A stretch of DNA of 64,000 nt, from NCBI GenBank assembly GCA_037128175.1, contig JBAXWY010000002.1, positions 32,001 through 96,000 of the forward strand. The letters run 5' to 3'. Shown in pieces: positions 10,031-20,233 of the stretch. The translations under genes were made by a program, and so were the position numbers. The notes beneath the pieces are model-generated. The model was not told where the DNA came from and did not search any database. It saw nothing but the letters and a program-made list of their open reading frames with translations. The DNA is from Methanothrix sp. (GTDB taxonomy: Archaea > Halobacteriota > Methanosarcinia > Methanotrichales > Methanotrichaceae). Numbering within the stretch: position 1 is the first letter of the stretch; each line of letters begins with the position of its first letter.

Positions 10031-11248
10031 TTAGTTTTCTCCATCTTTGCCGAGTCTTTCCCTAATAACCTCGAAATTGTAGCTTGATTGTATTAGAGAA
10101 AAGGAGTTCTCAACCAGATTCCGTCCTATACTCGAATCGAGCATCAATCTGATACACTGTCTCGCAAAATCTTCTGCAGTATCCCCAATCAATACGTGCT
10201 GTTCGTGATTCACAGGAATGCCCTCTACACCAACCGAGGTCGAAATGACCGGTTTTCGATAGGCAAAAGCCTCTAAGGCTTTAATTCGGGTCCCCCCCCC
10301 AGCACGTATGGGTATAACCACTGCATCTGAATATTCATAAATAGGTCCCGTATCGACCACGGGTCCGATTAGGTCAACTTCAGGGATCTTTGATAGATAG
10401 GACGCAAATTTTTTTGGTACATTCATCCCTACAATCTTGAAAGAAAATGCCATTGGAGCATGCTTCCTTATAATAGGAAGGATTTGATCACAGAAATAAA
10501 TCGCTGCATCACGATTAGGGTAATACCCCAAAGAACCCACAAATAGGAATTTAAAAAGAGTTGTTTTTCTCTCCCGCCCCCTTGAATTAGGGATGTCTAT
10601 GATGTTTGGAACGACTTTAACACGATAATATTTATATTTTTCATAAATTTTATGTTTATCGCCTTCTGAACAAACGCAGACTTGATCGAAAAGAGGTAAC
10701 TGCGCTCTTTCCATTTCTTCATATTGGCTAGATTCCAGATCTACCCTCTTTGATACCCGCCCCTCACCATTCAACTCATAGAGCTTGCTCAGTCGTTTCC
10801 TGGTTATGGATTCGATATCATCTAAATCTAGTTGAAGATATTGTCCTGAATTGAGTTCGAGCATATCTTTTACATAGGGAACCATGTAAAGCCGGAATAC
10901 ATGAATCATGTCAAAATGTATTCCTAAGAAGGATTGATTAATCTTCGTCAACCTATTTCCTGTTAAGAATAATAGTTCGCGGGGTTTTCTAGGCCAGAAA
11001 ACAATCGATATACCCTTTTTCAGAAAATACTCAAGAGGATTTATAGTATATACAACAATATCATGACACATTTCCAGTACTTCAGGGCCCAAAGCAGGCT
11101 TTCTAAAACCAGAAACCTTTATTATCAAGAGGTATATTTCATATTCGATCGATAAAGCCCTTAAATTGTTATACGCCCTAATGGAGATACCTGGACCTGT
11201 GATACAAGGCGGTACAGGTGTGACGAATAGAAGTTTTGGTTTCGACAT
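10031..11248 (-). CDS. GT4-family glycosyltransferase
   Basis: LFVGSLGYYPNRDA, PIRAGGGTRIKALEAFAYRKPVISTSVGVEG. Confidence 0.9.
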   Translation of the reverse strand: MSKPKLLFVTPVPPCITGPGISIRAYNNLRALSIEYEIYLLIIKVSGFRKPALGPEVLEMCHDIVVYTINPLEYFLKKGISIVFWPRKPRELLFLTGNRLTKINQSFLGIHFDMIHVFRLYMVPYVKDMLELNSGQYLQLDLDDIESITRKRLSKLYELNGEGRVSKRVDLESSQYEEMERAQLPLFDQVCVCSEGDKHKIYEKYKYYRVKVVPNIIDIPNSRGRERKTTLFKFLFVGSLGYYPNRDAAIYFCDQILPIIRKHAPMAFSFKIVGMNVPKKFASYLSKIPEVDLIGPVVDTGPIYEYSDAVVIPIRAGGGTRIKALEAFAYRKPVISTSVGVEGIPVNHEQHVLIGDTAEDFARQCIRLMLDSSIGRNLVENSFSLIQSSYNFEVIRERLGKDGEN

Positions 11249-11252
11249 GCAT

Positions 11253-12191
11253 TCAAATTCTCCTTATTAATGTGTGTTTTCTCAAGATTAGATTTAGAAA
11301 TAAAATTAAATATTTGGGGTAATACCTTGAGTATCTTGTCATGCCAATAAGATATTTTGCACTCAAAAGACTCTTTTGCCTCAATAGCGTCAAAAAGGTT
11401 AAGCTGTAAATAAAGAAAAAATCCTCAGGATCATGTAGCATACCGCCCAATAATAATTTGTGAAGAAATTTAAGTAGATGTTGATTATAGTCGCTTAGGC
11501 ACGTTTGATTTGCACTATGACGACGATAGAATGCATGGATTTCCCTATTACATTTAAAACGGCATCCCTGGGACGCCAAGGTAAGCCAAAAATATTTGTC
11601 TTCACCAACTCGCAAATCCTCGAGAAACCTCACATGCTTCAGGCTGCATCTCTTGATTATTAAGGAATGAATGGGATGAGAATAGCATAGCAACTCATGA
11701 AAAGGACTCAATTCCAGGTCTTTACAGTGTGTTTGATAAATAGGTTTTACAAATTTCGTCGGTATTTCCCAAGGCATCCGGTTAGATGAGGATGCTATTT
11801 TTTCTAAATTTCCGTCTAATGTAAAGAAGTAGGCAAATAGAGATGATACAATATCTACATCATCTTCAAATAGAGGCAAACTAGACTCGATCATTCTTGG
11901 GTGGATTAGATCATCATCATCTAAGAAGATAATAAACTCACCCACAGCTTTATCCAGGGCAAAGTTTCTTGCAAACGAAGGTCCTCTGTTCTCAGGAAGA
12001 TAAAATACTTTTATTATAGGACTCAGCTTTGTTACGTCATTTATTTGTCCCAATAAATCCTTCCTTGACCCATCATCCGCAATTAAGATTTCATAAATAG
12101 GATGAGTCTGATCCAGAACCGATTTTACAGCTTGAGCAAGGTAAAATGGCCTGTCTTTGGAAGTTATGACAACTGAAACGTTACCAACCAT
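11253..12191 (-). CDS. GT2-family glycosyltransferase
   Basis: VSVVIT, ADDGS, GPSFARN, FLDDDD, GED motifs; start taken at MVGNVSVV. Confidence 0.9.
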   Translation of the reverse strand: MVGNVSVVITSKDRPFYLAQAVKSVLDQTHPIYEILIADDGSRKDLLGQINDVTKLSPIIKVFYLPENRGPSFARNFALDKAVGEFIIFLDDDDLIHPRMIESSLPLFEDDVDIVSSLFAYFFTLDGNLEKIASSSNRMPWEIPTKFVKPIYQTHCKDLELSPFHELLCYSHPIHSLIIKRCSLKHVRFLEDLRVGEDKYFWLTLASQGCRFKCNREIHAFYRRHSANQTCLSDYNQHLLKFLHKLLLGGMLHDPEDFFFIYSLTFLTLLRQKSLLSAKYLIGMTRYSRYYPKYLILFLNLILRKHTLIRRI

Positions 12192-13044
12192 GTTCATCCT
12201 CTCGTTGTGGTAAAAATGGCCTAGCAATGATATTATATGTTGTATCAATATTGCGTATATAATCTTCTGTAATTAAATCTCCGTGAAAGGATGAAAAATC
12301 CTTGCGTTTCTTCGACCACCAGAGATGACTCCAAAGATGCATGCTGATGACTCCTTCGAGATCTCTGTCACATTCCTCGAAAAGAGTTCTGATCCCTTCA
12401 ATCGTCCACATATGCCGATAGAAGGTCCTGCTGGGCTCTATGTGGATAAGATCAGGATACTTTTTGCTCAGTCGATATGGGAGAAGAGTTGAATGCTTGC
12501 TCCAAGAGCCATCGAATTCTTTTTCCATGGCATCAAGCCATATCTTAGCAAATTCGGAGCCCTTTTGGGACATGATGAGGGCGTTGCACAAAGAGGGCCT
12601 TTTCAAACCAGATCTTCCCACCCAAATATCGTCTTCCCTTCCAAGGACAAAGGACTTTGAAAGAAGAATATCTGAAAATTTTTTTACGAAAATAGTGTCT
12701 ATATCAGCATAAATTCCGCCCCTTTGAATTAATTTTTTTAATCTTATAAAATCTGAATGGTGCGCGTAAATATACTTCTTGCAGGCCCTATTGCGAAATC
12801 CATATGGAAATTTTGCGATAAAGGGCACCAAATCCACCTGTTCTAAGGTTAAGTGCCTCTTAATGAGTTCCCAATATATCCCATAAGGCTTGTTATGATA
12901 ATAAAAATAAATTTTATCGGGTTGATTGATCCGACGACATGATTCAATGCAGAGATAGTGAGCAAGATGAAACGGTTCCTTTTGGTTTTTTAGACCAAAT
13001 ATAAAGTGAAATTGATTAGGTATGGTTGTATTCATTATTCTCAA
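12181..13044 (-). CDS. GT32/Och1-like DXD glycosyltransferase
   Basis: IPNQFHFIF, HHSDFIRL...GGIYADIDT, CNALI, HLW. Confidence 0.82.
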   Translation of the reverse strand: MRIMNTTIPNQFHFIFGLKNQKEPFHLAHYLCIESCRRINQPDKIYFYYHNKPYGIYWELIKRHLTLEQVDLVPFIAKFPYGFRNRACKKYIYAHHSDFIRLKKLIQRGGIYADIDTIFVKKFSDILLSKSFVLGREDDIWVGRSGLKRPSLCNALIMSQKGSEFAKIWLDAMEKEFDGSWSKHSTLLPYRLSKKYPDLIHIEPSRTFYRHMWTIEGIRTLFEECDRDLEGVISMHLWSHLWWSKKRKDFSSFHGDLITEDYIRNIDTTYNIIARPFLPQREDEHGW

Positions 13045-14240
13045 CTCTGTTTAATGGCCTGGATCAAACTCGGTATTATGACCGATTCGTTAAAGCACTC
13101 GTGGATGTGCCTGCTCAGCATTATTCCTCTATGATCAGCCGTGTTTCTCTCCTCAAAAACCTGTCGGATTAATTTGGATGCATGGGTCAGATTCGGTTCA
13201 GCCCACCTCTGATCCTGTGAATAGGATTTCTTTCCGACCGCATCTATCACGGGCACAAGACGGTAATCCACTAAATAGGCCAAATGCCCAGGCAGGTATT
13301 CCCTCTGACCGCCATATCCTGTGATTATAATCGGTTTTCCAAAGCTGGCAGCATCAAAGGCTCCCAAACCCCAACCCTCAGACCTGCATAGTGAGATGTA
13401 GCAGTCTCCACGGGCATGAAGATTGAGAATATCTTCCCCACTTATTTCCTCATCAATGAGCTTTACACGTGCCGGATTTCTATAATCTTTCAATATTTTC
13501 TTAACAGCTCCCTCTGTGTGGGAAAAGAACCTCCAAAAATACCTCTTTGTATGATCAAATTTCGTCGTTTTGATCAATAAGAGTGTATTATCATCCGCTG
13601 TAAAATTATCAAGATAGCACTGAATTGTATTACCAAGGGCCTTTCGGGCGGTCCACATCCCAATGCTATAAAAGACATAATCATCCGCTCCAATGCCCCA
13701 GCAAGACATATCGTAAGATGATTGAGATGCATTAGAAGGAGATCGCATAGGATTAGAATTAATTGCTATATGAGGTATAACTAAGATAGGTCTTGTTACG
13801 CCCCATCTTATGAATATCTCTTTGTTCCATTGAGATGGGACCAATAGCAGGTCCATGGTATTAAGAAGGGCCGGCCAGTGTCTTGGAGGCTTATCCGTCT
13901 CCCAGACAGTGTATCCGATCATCCTCTTTCCAGGTTCACGTTTCAACCATAAGGGATAGTATTCCGGAGTAAGATGCAAAATGATCGTATCGTATTTAAT
14001 ATTGAGATTGCACACAGAATCCAAATCAGTATCGCCTATTTCCCTTCCCAAGAAAGGTGCGTACCCCAAACCCCAGCCTTTTCCAGGGATCATAGGCGTC
14101 CAGGTTATGGGAATGCCCGTTTTAATCAAGCCAAGTAAATAGGCTTTGGCTGCATATCCATATCCACTCTTTTCGTAAAGAGAGACATACTTGATGCCTT
14201 CGACAGAGTTCTCATCATTACTTGGGAATATCGGTGCCAT
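13041..14240 (-). CDS. GT-B (GT4-like) glycosyltransferase, paralog A
   Basis: GYTVWETDK, LVPSQWN, DCYISLCRSEGWGLG, WAEP. Confidence 0.85.
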   Translation of the reverse strand: MAPIFPSNDENSVEGIKYVSLYEKSGYGYAAKAYLLGLIKTGIPITWTPMIPGKGWGLGYAPFLGREIGDTDLDSVCNLNIKYDTIILHLTPEYYPLWLKREPGKRMIGYTVWETDKPPRHWPALLNTMDLLLVPSQWNKEIFIRWGVTRPILVIPHIAINSNPMRSPSNASQSSYDMSCWGIGADDYVFYSIGMWTARKALGNTIQCYLDNFTADDNTLLLIKTTKFDHTKRYFWRFFSHTEGAVKKILKDYRNPARVKLIDEEISGEDILNLHARGDCYISLCRSEGWGLGAFDAASFGKPIIITGYGGQREYLPGHLAYLVDYRLVPVIDAVGKKSYSQDQRWAEPNLTHASKLIRQVFEERNTADHRGIMLSRHIHECFNESVIIPSLIQAIKQS

Positions 14241-15501
14241 CCATCTCGCCTCTCTGCCGAAACTTCGTCTCCGCTAAAGCTGTTATAAACCTTCGCATAA
14301 CTTTATCTTCACCAAAACAATCATTTACGTGCTTGCTTAAGGCTTCTCCTCGTGCTTTAGCCTCTTTCTGATTTTCAAAAACGTGTCTCATCAACCGGCA
14401 TGCTTGGGATTTCATAGGCTCTGCCCACCTCTGATCCTCGGTAAAACGCCCCTGATCCCAATCATCCCTTACGGGAACCAGATCATAACCAACCAGATAT
14501 GTTAATTCTCCGGGCAAAAAATCCAAATGGCCTCCGAAACCAGTTATTATAACCGGCTTGCCCATGCCTGCCGCAGTGAACGGTCCCAAGCCCCATCCCT
14601 CGGATCTACATAATGATATATAACAATCCCCCCGATAATGCAATTCCATGACTTCATTATCGGTTATAGTCTCATCAATCAGCATTATTCTGGCAGGAAA
14701 AACGTATTTCCTTTGAATTGAGCATAGAACACTCACAGAATCCTTCTTGCATCGAGTGAGGTTTAATAAGGTGGCCGCATTTTTTATTATATTTAGATTT
14801 TTCTTAAAATCTTTCATTTTTTTAAATCGTTGCAACTGTGAATCTTCATAGGCATATTTTGTTGTTTTAACAACAAGCAAGACAGGATCATTCCCCGTAA
14901 ACGTATCCAAATAATATTGAATCGTATTCCAAACTGCTTTCCTTGCGGTCCAGGTTTCAATGGTATAGAAGACAAAATCGGAAGGATTGATCACCCGTGG
15001 CAATCTATGGCCATCCGAAGGACGCCTATATCCATCGAAAATATGGGGGATAGCATCGATCGGTTTGCATACGCCGCTCTTTATGAACACTTCTTTGTTC
15101 CATTGACAAGGCACGAGTACACGATCGACAAGGTTCAACAGCTTCGGCCAGTGAGCAGGCAGCTTATCCGTCTCCCATACGGTGTAGCCAATAATTCTTT
15201 TGTCCTTTTCGTTATCTATCCAATAAGGATAATGCTCTGGCGGCATATGGATGATTACGGTGTCATACTTTATCGGCTTGTTGCAGAAAGGATCAAGCTC
15301 CTTGTCTCCGATATTGGCTCCAGTAAACGGTCCCAATTTGCCGTCAGTTCCCCTTACCAAAGGCGTCCAGGTAAAAGGGATGCCAAAATTTTTGAAACCA
15401 ATCATATACCTTTTGGCCGCAATAAAATATCCATTTGCCCCATAGAAAGAGATATACTTAATTCCGTTTAGTGATTTATATTCAGAATCATCATTGATCA
15501 A
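14218..15501 (-). CDS. GT-B (GT4-like) glycosyltransferase, paralog B
   Basis: Same motifs as paralog A: GYTVWETDK, DCYISLCRSEGWGLG, WAEP. Confidence 0.85.
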   Translation of the reverse strand: MINDDSEYKSLNGIKYISFYGANGYFIAAKRYMIGFKNFGIPFTWTPLVRGTDGKLGPFTGANIGDKELDPFCNKPIKYDTVIIHMPPEHYPYWIDNEKDKRIIGYTVWETDKLPAHWPKLLNLVDRVLVPCQWNKEVFIKSGVCKPIDAIPHIFDGYRRPSDGHRLPRVINPSDFVFYTIETWTARKAVWNTIQYYLDTFTGNDPVLLVVKTTKYAYEDSQLQRFKKMKDFKKNLNIIKNAATLLNLTRCKKDSVSVLCSIQRKYVFPARIMLIDETITDNEVMELHYRGDCYISLCRSEGWGLGPFTAAGMGKPVIITGFGGHLDFLPGELTYLVGYDLVPVRDDWDQGRFTEDQRWAEPMKSQACRLMRHVFENQKEAKARGEALSKHVNDCFGEDKVMRRFITALAETKFRQRGEMDGTDIPK

Positions 15502-15608
15502 TAATATTCACCTGGCAGTTGGCATGCTCTGTTTGCTGCCACATTGTTCCTATATCCAGATTTCGACTTCCTTCTACTGGGATAAATACCTTTTATCAAT
15601 TATCCAAC

Positions 15609-16613
15609 CTAGGGATTTGACTTTTTCTCAAAGGAACTGGGTTCTGGAAAATACGACTGCAAGAAAAGCCGAAAGCTCTTCAATATGGCACGGTCAATCA
15701 ACTCACCTGACAGGTCATCATTGACGCAGAAGAATTTTGATCTGTGAAAAAACAAGGAAAGAAAGGCCCGCCATACCTTCAATGGTCGCCCAACCATCAT
15801 TATAAAACTAAAACTATCGGACCCGTATGACAGAAGCTTTGCCTCATGGCCTTTGCTATGCTGATCCTCTGAAAATAAGAGATATGAAAAATAGAGGATT
15901 CTGAGCACCAGATCTTTTCCATCTCTGAACTGATGCCTCGATGTTTCCCAGTAGTGCAAAGCGAACCGCTTGTTTAGCTTTTCCAGGATGGCCTTGTCGT
16001 ATAGTTGAGGAGAATGGGCAGGCAGGTATGTAAGCCTCTGCCCCCCGGAAAACTCTGATGTAATTTTTTGCGTATAGCAATAGGCCTTGTCGTGCACGGG
16101 CAGCAGGGGTGTATACGAAGGCAAGCGAGTGGATTCGAGATAAACACGGATTCCTCCTGCCTGAGTAATAAAATCCGACCGGCTTATCGGACGTCCTAAG
16201 AAGCAGTCATCATTAAAATACAAAAAGCGATCCGATAAGTCGGGTATCTTGTGAAGCTGCAGCTCAATCGCATTGGAGTTGAAGGTGGGCAGATCCTCTG
16301 GGTTGGAAAACAACTCGTCGTGGGTTACGATGCGAACCCGGTTGTTTTCAGTATCAAGCCACCAAGGAACCTGTCCATTAGTGACAATATAGACCCGGCG
16401 AATCCAGGGAGCATACGCTTCCAGTGATCGCAGGGAGTATCTGAGCTCCTCATTATCCCGGAAGCGCTGCATGCCGGAGGCATCGGATGCGATGGCAAAG
16501 CCACGTTCCATCAAACATCGCCTGCGGCTTTCTGCGAAGGCCTCATCCGCTCCATTCACCCACGTATAGACAGCGTCTATGTTCTGCATATATGTTGAGA
16601 CACCTTTAAGCAA
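15609..16613 (-). CDS. Stealth-family hexose-1-phosphate transferase
   Basis: CR1 [10 protein letters not shown]; CR2 [30 protein letters not shown]; CR4 FFCVND. Confidence 0.92.
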   Translation of the reverse strand: MLKGVSTYMQNIDAVYTWVNGADEAFAESRRRCLMERGFAIASDASGMQRFRDNEELRYSLRSLEAYAPWIRRVYIVTNGQVPWWLDTENNRVRIVTHDELFSNPEDLPTFNSNAIELQLHKIPDLSDRFLYFNDDCFLGRPISRSDFITQAGGIRVYLESTRLPSYTPLLPVHDKAYCYTQKITSEFSGGQRLTYLPAHSPQLYDKAILEKLNKRFALHYWETSRHQFRDGKDLVLRILYFSYLLFSEDQHSKGHEAKLLSYGSDSFSFIMMVGRPLKVWRAFLSLFFHRSKFFCVNDDLSGELIDRAILKSFRLFLQSYFPEPSSFEKKSNP

Positions 16614-16647
16614 TTACTGGCCGAGAAGGCCTAATTCTGAGCAGTGC

Positions 16648-17820
16648 TCATTCTCCTTCAGCCCCTCCATGAAAATACCTCAGGACATACAACTCATCGT
16701 GAATGCTGAGCTTAAAATGGTACTCCCCTGCAGCGGCATCATCAGGTATTCTGAAGATATAGGTGAACTCTTGGGGTAAACCGCAGGTGAATGGTTTCTT
16801 GTAGACATCTGTTTTGGGATGGCTATTAAATATCAGGAGGTCACCCTTACCAGCATTACCGATTATTTGAAGTGATGCCCAAACATTGACTGCACAACCG
16901 TTATTGACAGCAAAGACTTCAATCGTCAGGCACTCCCCGGGTGCAAAGAACGTGCGGTTGCCTTTGCCCAGAGAATCATATATCTCGATGTGATCTATTG
17001 AGATGCGAGGGAGAGGGAACGAAGGATCGATTATTCGCATAAAAAAAGACTCTGGATGATCTGAGTTCAGATCGACCGAATGATCTTGGGTAATCTTGAT
17101 GCGAGGCAGAGCCATGATATCAGAGGTCGCTAGATTGGCCATGCCAGAATCGTAGGATACCGCTGACATATACCCAGAATGGGAGACCAAAAATCGCAAA
17201 AAAGAGCTATCAACTCCATCGCCAAAAGGATAGGCAAAACAGGTCACCGCCGTGTTTAGCCTTTTTTCTATCTCCTTTTTTGCACCTGCTATTTCCCTGT
17301 AAGCCTTCCATGGATTTACGGTGTCAAGGCGAGGATGGGATAGAGTGTGGGCCTCGCAGGAGTGACCTTCGGCCTGCATGATCGCGGCCTCCTTCCACAG
17401 CATCATGGATGTGGGCCAGCCTCTATCGCCTACATCCCAGGAGTTATCATATCTATACTCAGTCCCGATATAATCCGGGCATATAAAACAGGTTGCTTTA
17501 AAGCCAAACTTGCTGAGTATTGGCCGGACAAGACTATACACGCATTCATAGCCATCATCGAATGTTAGGATGATAGGTCGTGGTGGAAGGGCCATGCTTC
17601 TCTTCTTGAAATTCACGATGTCGAGAAATGAGACAGTAGTATAGCCATAAGCATGCAACGCTGCCATCTGCCGACTGAAGACATGCAGAGTGACCCACGC
17701 TGAATCGCAAGGGTATGGCACATCGGCCACCTTATGATAGGCGAGTATCGGCAGGTTGCGTGTTTCTCTTAATGTCTGATCATCTTCCCAAAGCATGTGA
17801 TTTTTCCACCAAGGATGCAA
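16648..17820 (-). CDS. Polysaccharide deacetylase (NodB/CE4) with C-terminal Ig-like domain
   Basis: PILAYHKV, LTFDDGY, AHTLSHPRL, FAYPFG, LPR. Confidence 0.88.
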   Translation of the reverse strand: MHPWWKNHMLWEDDQTLRETRNLPILAYHKVADVPYPCDSAWVTLHVFSRQMAALHAYGYTTVSFLDIVNFKKRSMALPPRPIILTFDDGYECVYSLVRPILSKFGFKATCFICPDYIGTEYRYDNSWDVGDRGWPTSMMLWKEAAIMQAEGHSCEAHTLSHPRLDTVNPWKAYREIAGAKKEIEKRLNTAVTCFAYPFGDGVDSSFLRFLVSHSGYMSAVSYDSGMANLATSDIMALPRIKITQDHSVDLNSDHPESFFMRIIDPSFPLPRISIDHIEIYDSLGKGNRTFFAPGECLTIEVFAVNNGCAVNVWASLQIIGNAGKGDLLIFNSHPKTDVYKKPFTCGLPQEFTYIFRIPDDAAAGEYHFKLSIHDELYVLRYFHGGAEGE

Positions 17821-17828
17821 TACTTATG

Positions 17829-19106
17829 TTAATTATACTTCATTATTGGCGCCAATATTCCCGGTCGCCGATTCATCCAATAAGGAGAATCACTCAACCC
17901 ACCCTGAACGGTTAAGAATATAGGAGGAGCGTTTCTGCCCGGTTCAAAGAGCCACTGACGGGAATGAAGTCTACCTATGCACTCGATCCGATAAGTTCCT
18001 TCATTTAAGAAATGCTTGGGGATCTTGCTCCTCAGTACATTAATGCCCATCGACAGCTTTATCCAGTTCTCCTCGGGTCCATCGGTTTGATAAGACCAGT
18101 AAAGAAGAGTTCCGTCTTCACAATAAATGGCATATCCGAGGGTCAGGGCGAGATCGAGCTGCTTTACTTCGCCCTCAATATACAAATATGTATCAGAACC
18201 GTTGCTTGCAGGCATAATTACATTATTGCCGTCCTCATCTCCCAGGTAGAAGTGCAGGGGCTTAAACCAGGGATTGTCAAGCTCATCACTGCGGTTCACC
18301 CATTCTGAAGTCTTGAAGCTATCTTCTGCTCCGAAGAGGTACTCCCTGACCATATCTCTTACCTCAAAACCATATTTCTTAATCGTCCCATTCTCAAGCA
18401 TCATGCAAGAGCCGCAGAGCTGCTCGATGGCGTTCATGTTATGGCTAACAAAAAGCACGGTACGCCCTTCACCAGATACATCCTTGATCTTTCCCAGACA
18501 CTTCTTTTGAAATCCTGCATCACCTACCGCTAGAATCTCATCCACAAGCAATATTTCAGGGTCAAGGTGGGCTGCAATCGCAAAGGCTAATCTTACATAC
18601 ATGCCGCTTGAGTAGTGCTTTACAGGGGTGTCCAGGAAGCTATCGATATCCGCGAACTTGACTATATCATCAAAATTGTTCTCTATATCCCTTTTTCGCA
18701 TACCCAGGATTGAGCCGTTCAGGTAGATGTTTTCCCGGCCAGTCAGCTCAAGATGAAAACCGGTGCCGACCTCAAGAAGAGAGCCGACGCGGCCGTGCAT
18801 CTTTATATATCCCTCAGTAGGGGATGTTATTCTGGAAAGGATCTTAAGAAGAGTGCTTTTTCCTGCCCCATTCCTGCCAATAATGCCCACAACCTCTCCT
18901 TCATTTATATCAAAGGAGACCTCCTTAAGCGCCCAAAAGAACTGTTTATTGCTCCTTCGGTCCAGCCCCTTAGCGAGACGCCTAAAAGGAGTCTTCATGG
19001 TATTGGCAATAGCTTCTCTCAGGGTCTCCTGGCGCGGCCGTTGGCCTATGATATAACGCTTTCCGATATGTTGAGCATGAATCGATATGTCACCCATATT
19101 CTTCAC
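17829..19106 (-). CDS. wzt: Polysaccharide ABC exporter ATPase with C-terminal Wzt-C-like domain
   Basis: GRNGAGKST, YSSGMYVRLAF, DEILAVGD, VSH; long C-terminal extension. Confidence 0.92.
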   Translation of the reverse strand: MKNMGDISIHAQHIGKRYIIGQRPRQETLREAIANTMKTPFRRLAKGLDRRSNKQFFWALKEVSFDINEGEVVGIIGRNGAGKSTLLKILSRITSPTEGYIKMHGRVGSLLEVGTGFHLELTGRENIYLNGSILGMRKRDIENNFDDIVKFADIDSFLDTPVKHYSSGMYVRLAFAIAAHLDPEILLVDEILAVGDAGFQKKCLGKIKDVSGEGRTVLFVSHNMNAIEQLCGSCMMLENGTIKKYGFEVRDMVREYLFGAEDSFKTSEWVNRSDELDNPWFKPLHFYLGDEDGNNVIMPASNGSDTYLYIEGEVKQLDLALTLGYAIYCEDGTLLYWSYQTDGPEENWIKLSMGINVLRSKIPKHFLNEGTYRIECIGRLHSRQWLFEPGRNAPPIFLTVQGGLSDSPYWMNRRPGILAPIMKYN

Positions 19107-20005
19107 ACCACATCAGCAAATATCTTCTCCATTCTCTTGAAATAGAAGGCCCCAGAGACGAGAATTATCAACACCATTAGGACGGAAATTAGCGTTAAAA
19201 TGCTGGGCGGCGCTGTCCCCAGCATGGCCCAGCGAAAGCCTTCTATCACCCCAGCCATTGGGTTCAGGCCAAAGAGCAGATTATATGGTTCAGGTAGAAG
19301 TGAGCTTGGATAGACAACAGGCGAGGCAAATAGCCAGAGCTGAATGAGGAATGGTACCGTATATTGGAAGTCCCTGTACTGGACGTTAAGAGCCGAGAAC
19401 CATAGGCCAACACCAAGAGAAGTCGCTATCCCAAGCACAAGAAAGACAGGAAGAAATAGGATATTGATGGTTGGGACGAAACCATAGTAGAGCATCATGA
19501 CAAGTAGAATAACAAAGGCGATTAGAAAATCGATCGTGGGAGATAGAACGCCGGAGATAGGTAGGATAAGACGGGGAAAGTATGCCTTGGTCATGATGTG
19601 AGAGTTAGCGATCATGCTTCTTGTCGAACGGACTATTCCCTCTGAAAAGAGCATCCAGGGGAGCAGAGCGACGTAACTGAATAGTGGATATGGCAGACCC
19701 TCTGATGGGATTTTGGCCAGTCTTCCGAAGGCCAGAGTGAAGACTACCATCATAAACAGGGGCTGCATCACGGCCCAGGCAGCACCAAGAGCAGTCTGTT
19801 TATATCTAACCTTGATATCGCGACTAACAAAGGTTAAGAGAAGCTCCCTGAAATCCCAAAGCTCTTTCAGGTCTATTGGTATCCAGCCATCTGCCGGACG
19901 AATAATTATAACTGGCACGCTATCAGAACGGGATGACTTGCCTTTCGCTTTAGAGTTCATATTCGGTAAACCTTTTGAATTCGCATTAGCAATACGAGTA
20001 AGCAA
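19103..20005 (-). CDS. wzm: Polysaccharide ABC exporter permease
   Basis: RDIKVRYKQTALGAAW, YRDF, SPVVYP, LNPM. Confidence 0.92.
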   Translation of the reverse strand: MLTRIANANSKGLPNMNSKAKGKSSRSDSVPVIIIRPADGWIPIDLKELWDFRELLLTFVSRDIKVRYKQTALGAAWAVMQPLFMMVVFTLAFGRLAKIPSEGLPYPLFSYVALLPWMLFSEGIVRSTRSMIANSHIMTKAYFPRLILPISGVLSPTIDFLIAFVILLVMMLYYGFVPTINILFLPVFLVLGIATSLGVGLWFSALNVQYRDFQYTVPFLIQLWLFASPVVYPSSLLPEPYNLLFGLNPMAGVIEGFRWAMLGTAPPSILTLISVLMVLIILVSGAFYFKRMEKIFADVV

Positions 20006-20233
20006 TAAGAGATATAATCATGGATCAATTTAGATACATCTTTTTATAGCCAGCATTGGGTTTTGTGCCATCCTTCCGGCATCCATTTTCATCGTGCTCT
20101 GATAAAGATCATAATACCGGTAGGCCAATTGACGGATATTATTTAAGCGTTCTCGTGTGTAGCCATGAATGAATTAGGGACCAAACAAAATATCCAATGG
20201 CAGAGATCCGTCTTCGGTCATTTAGGGTGCTTG

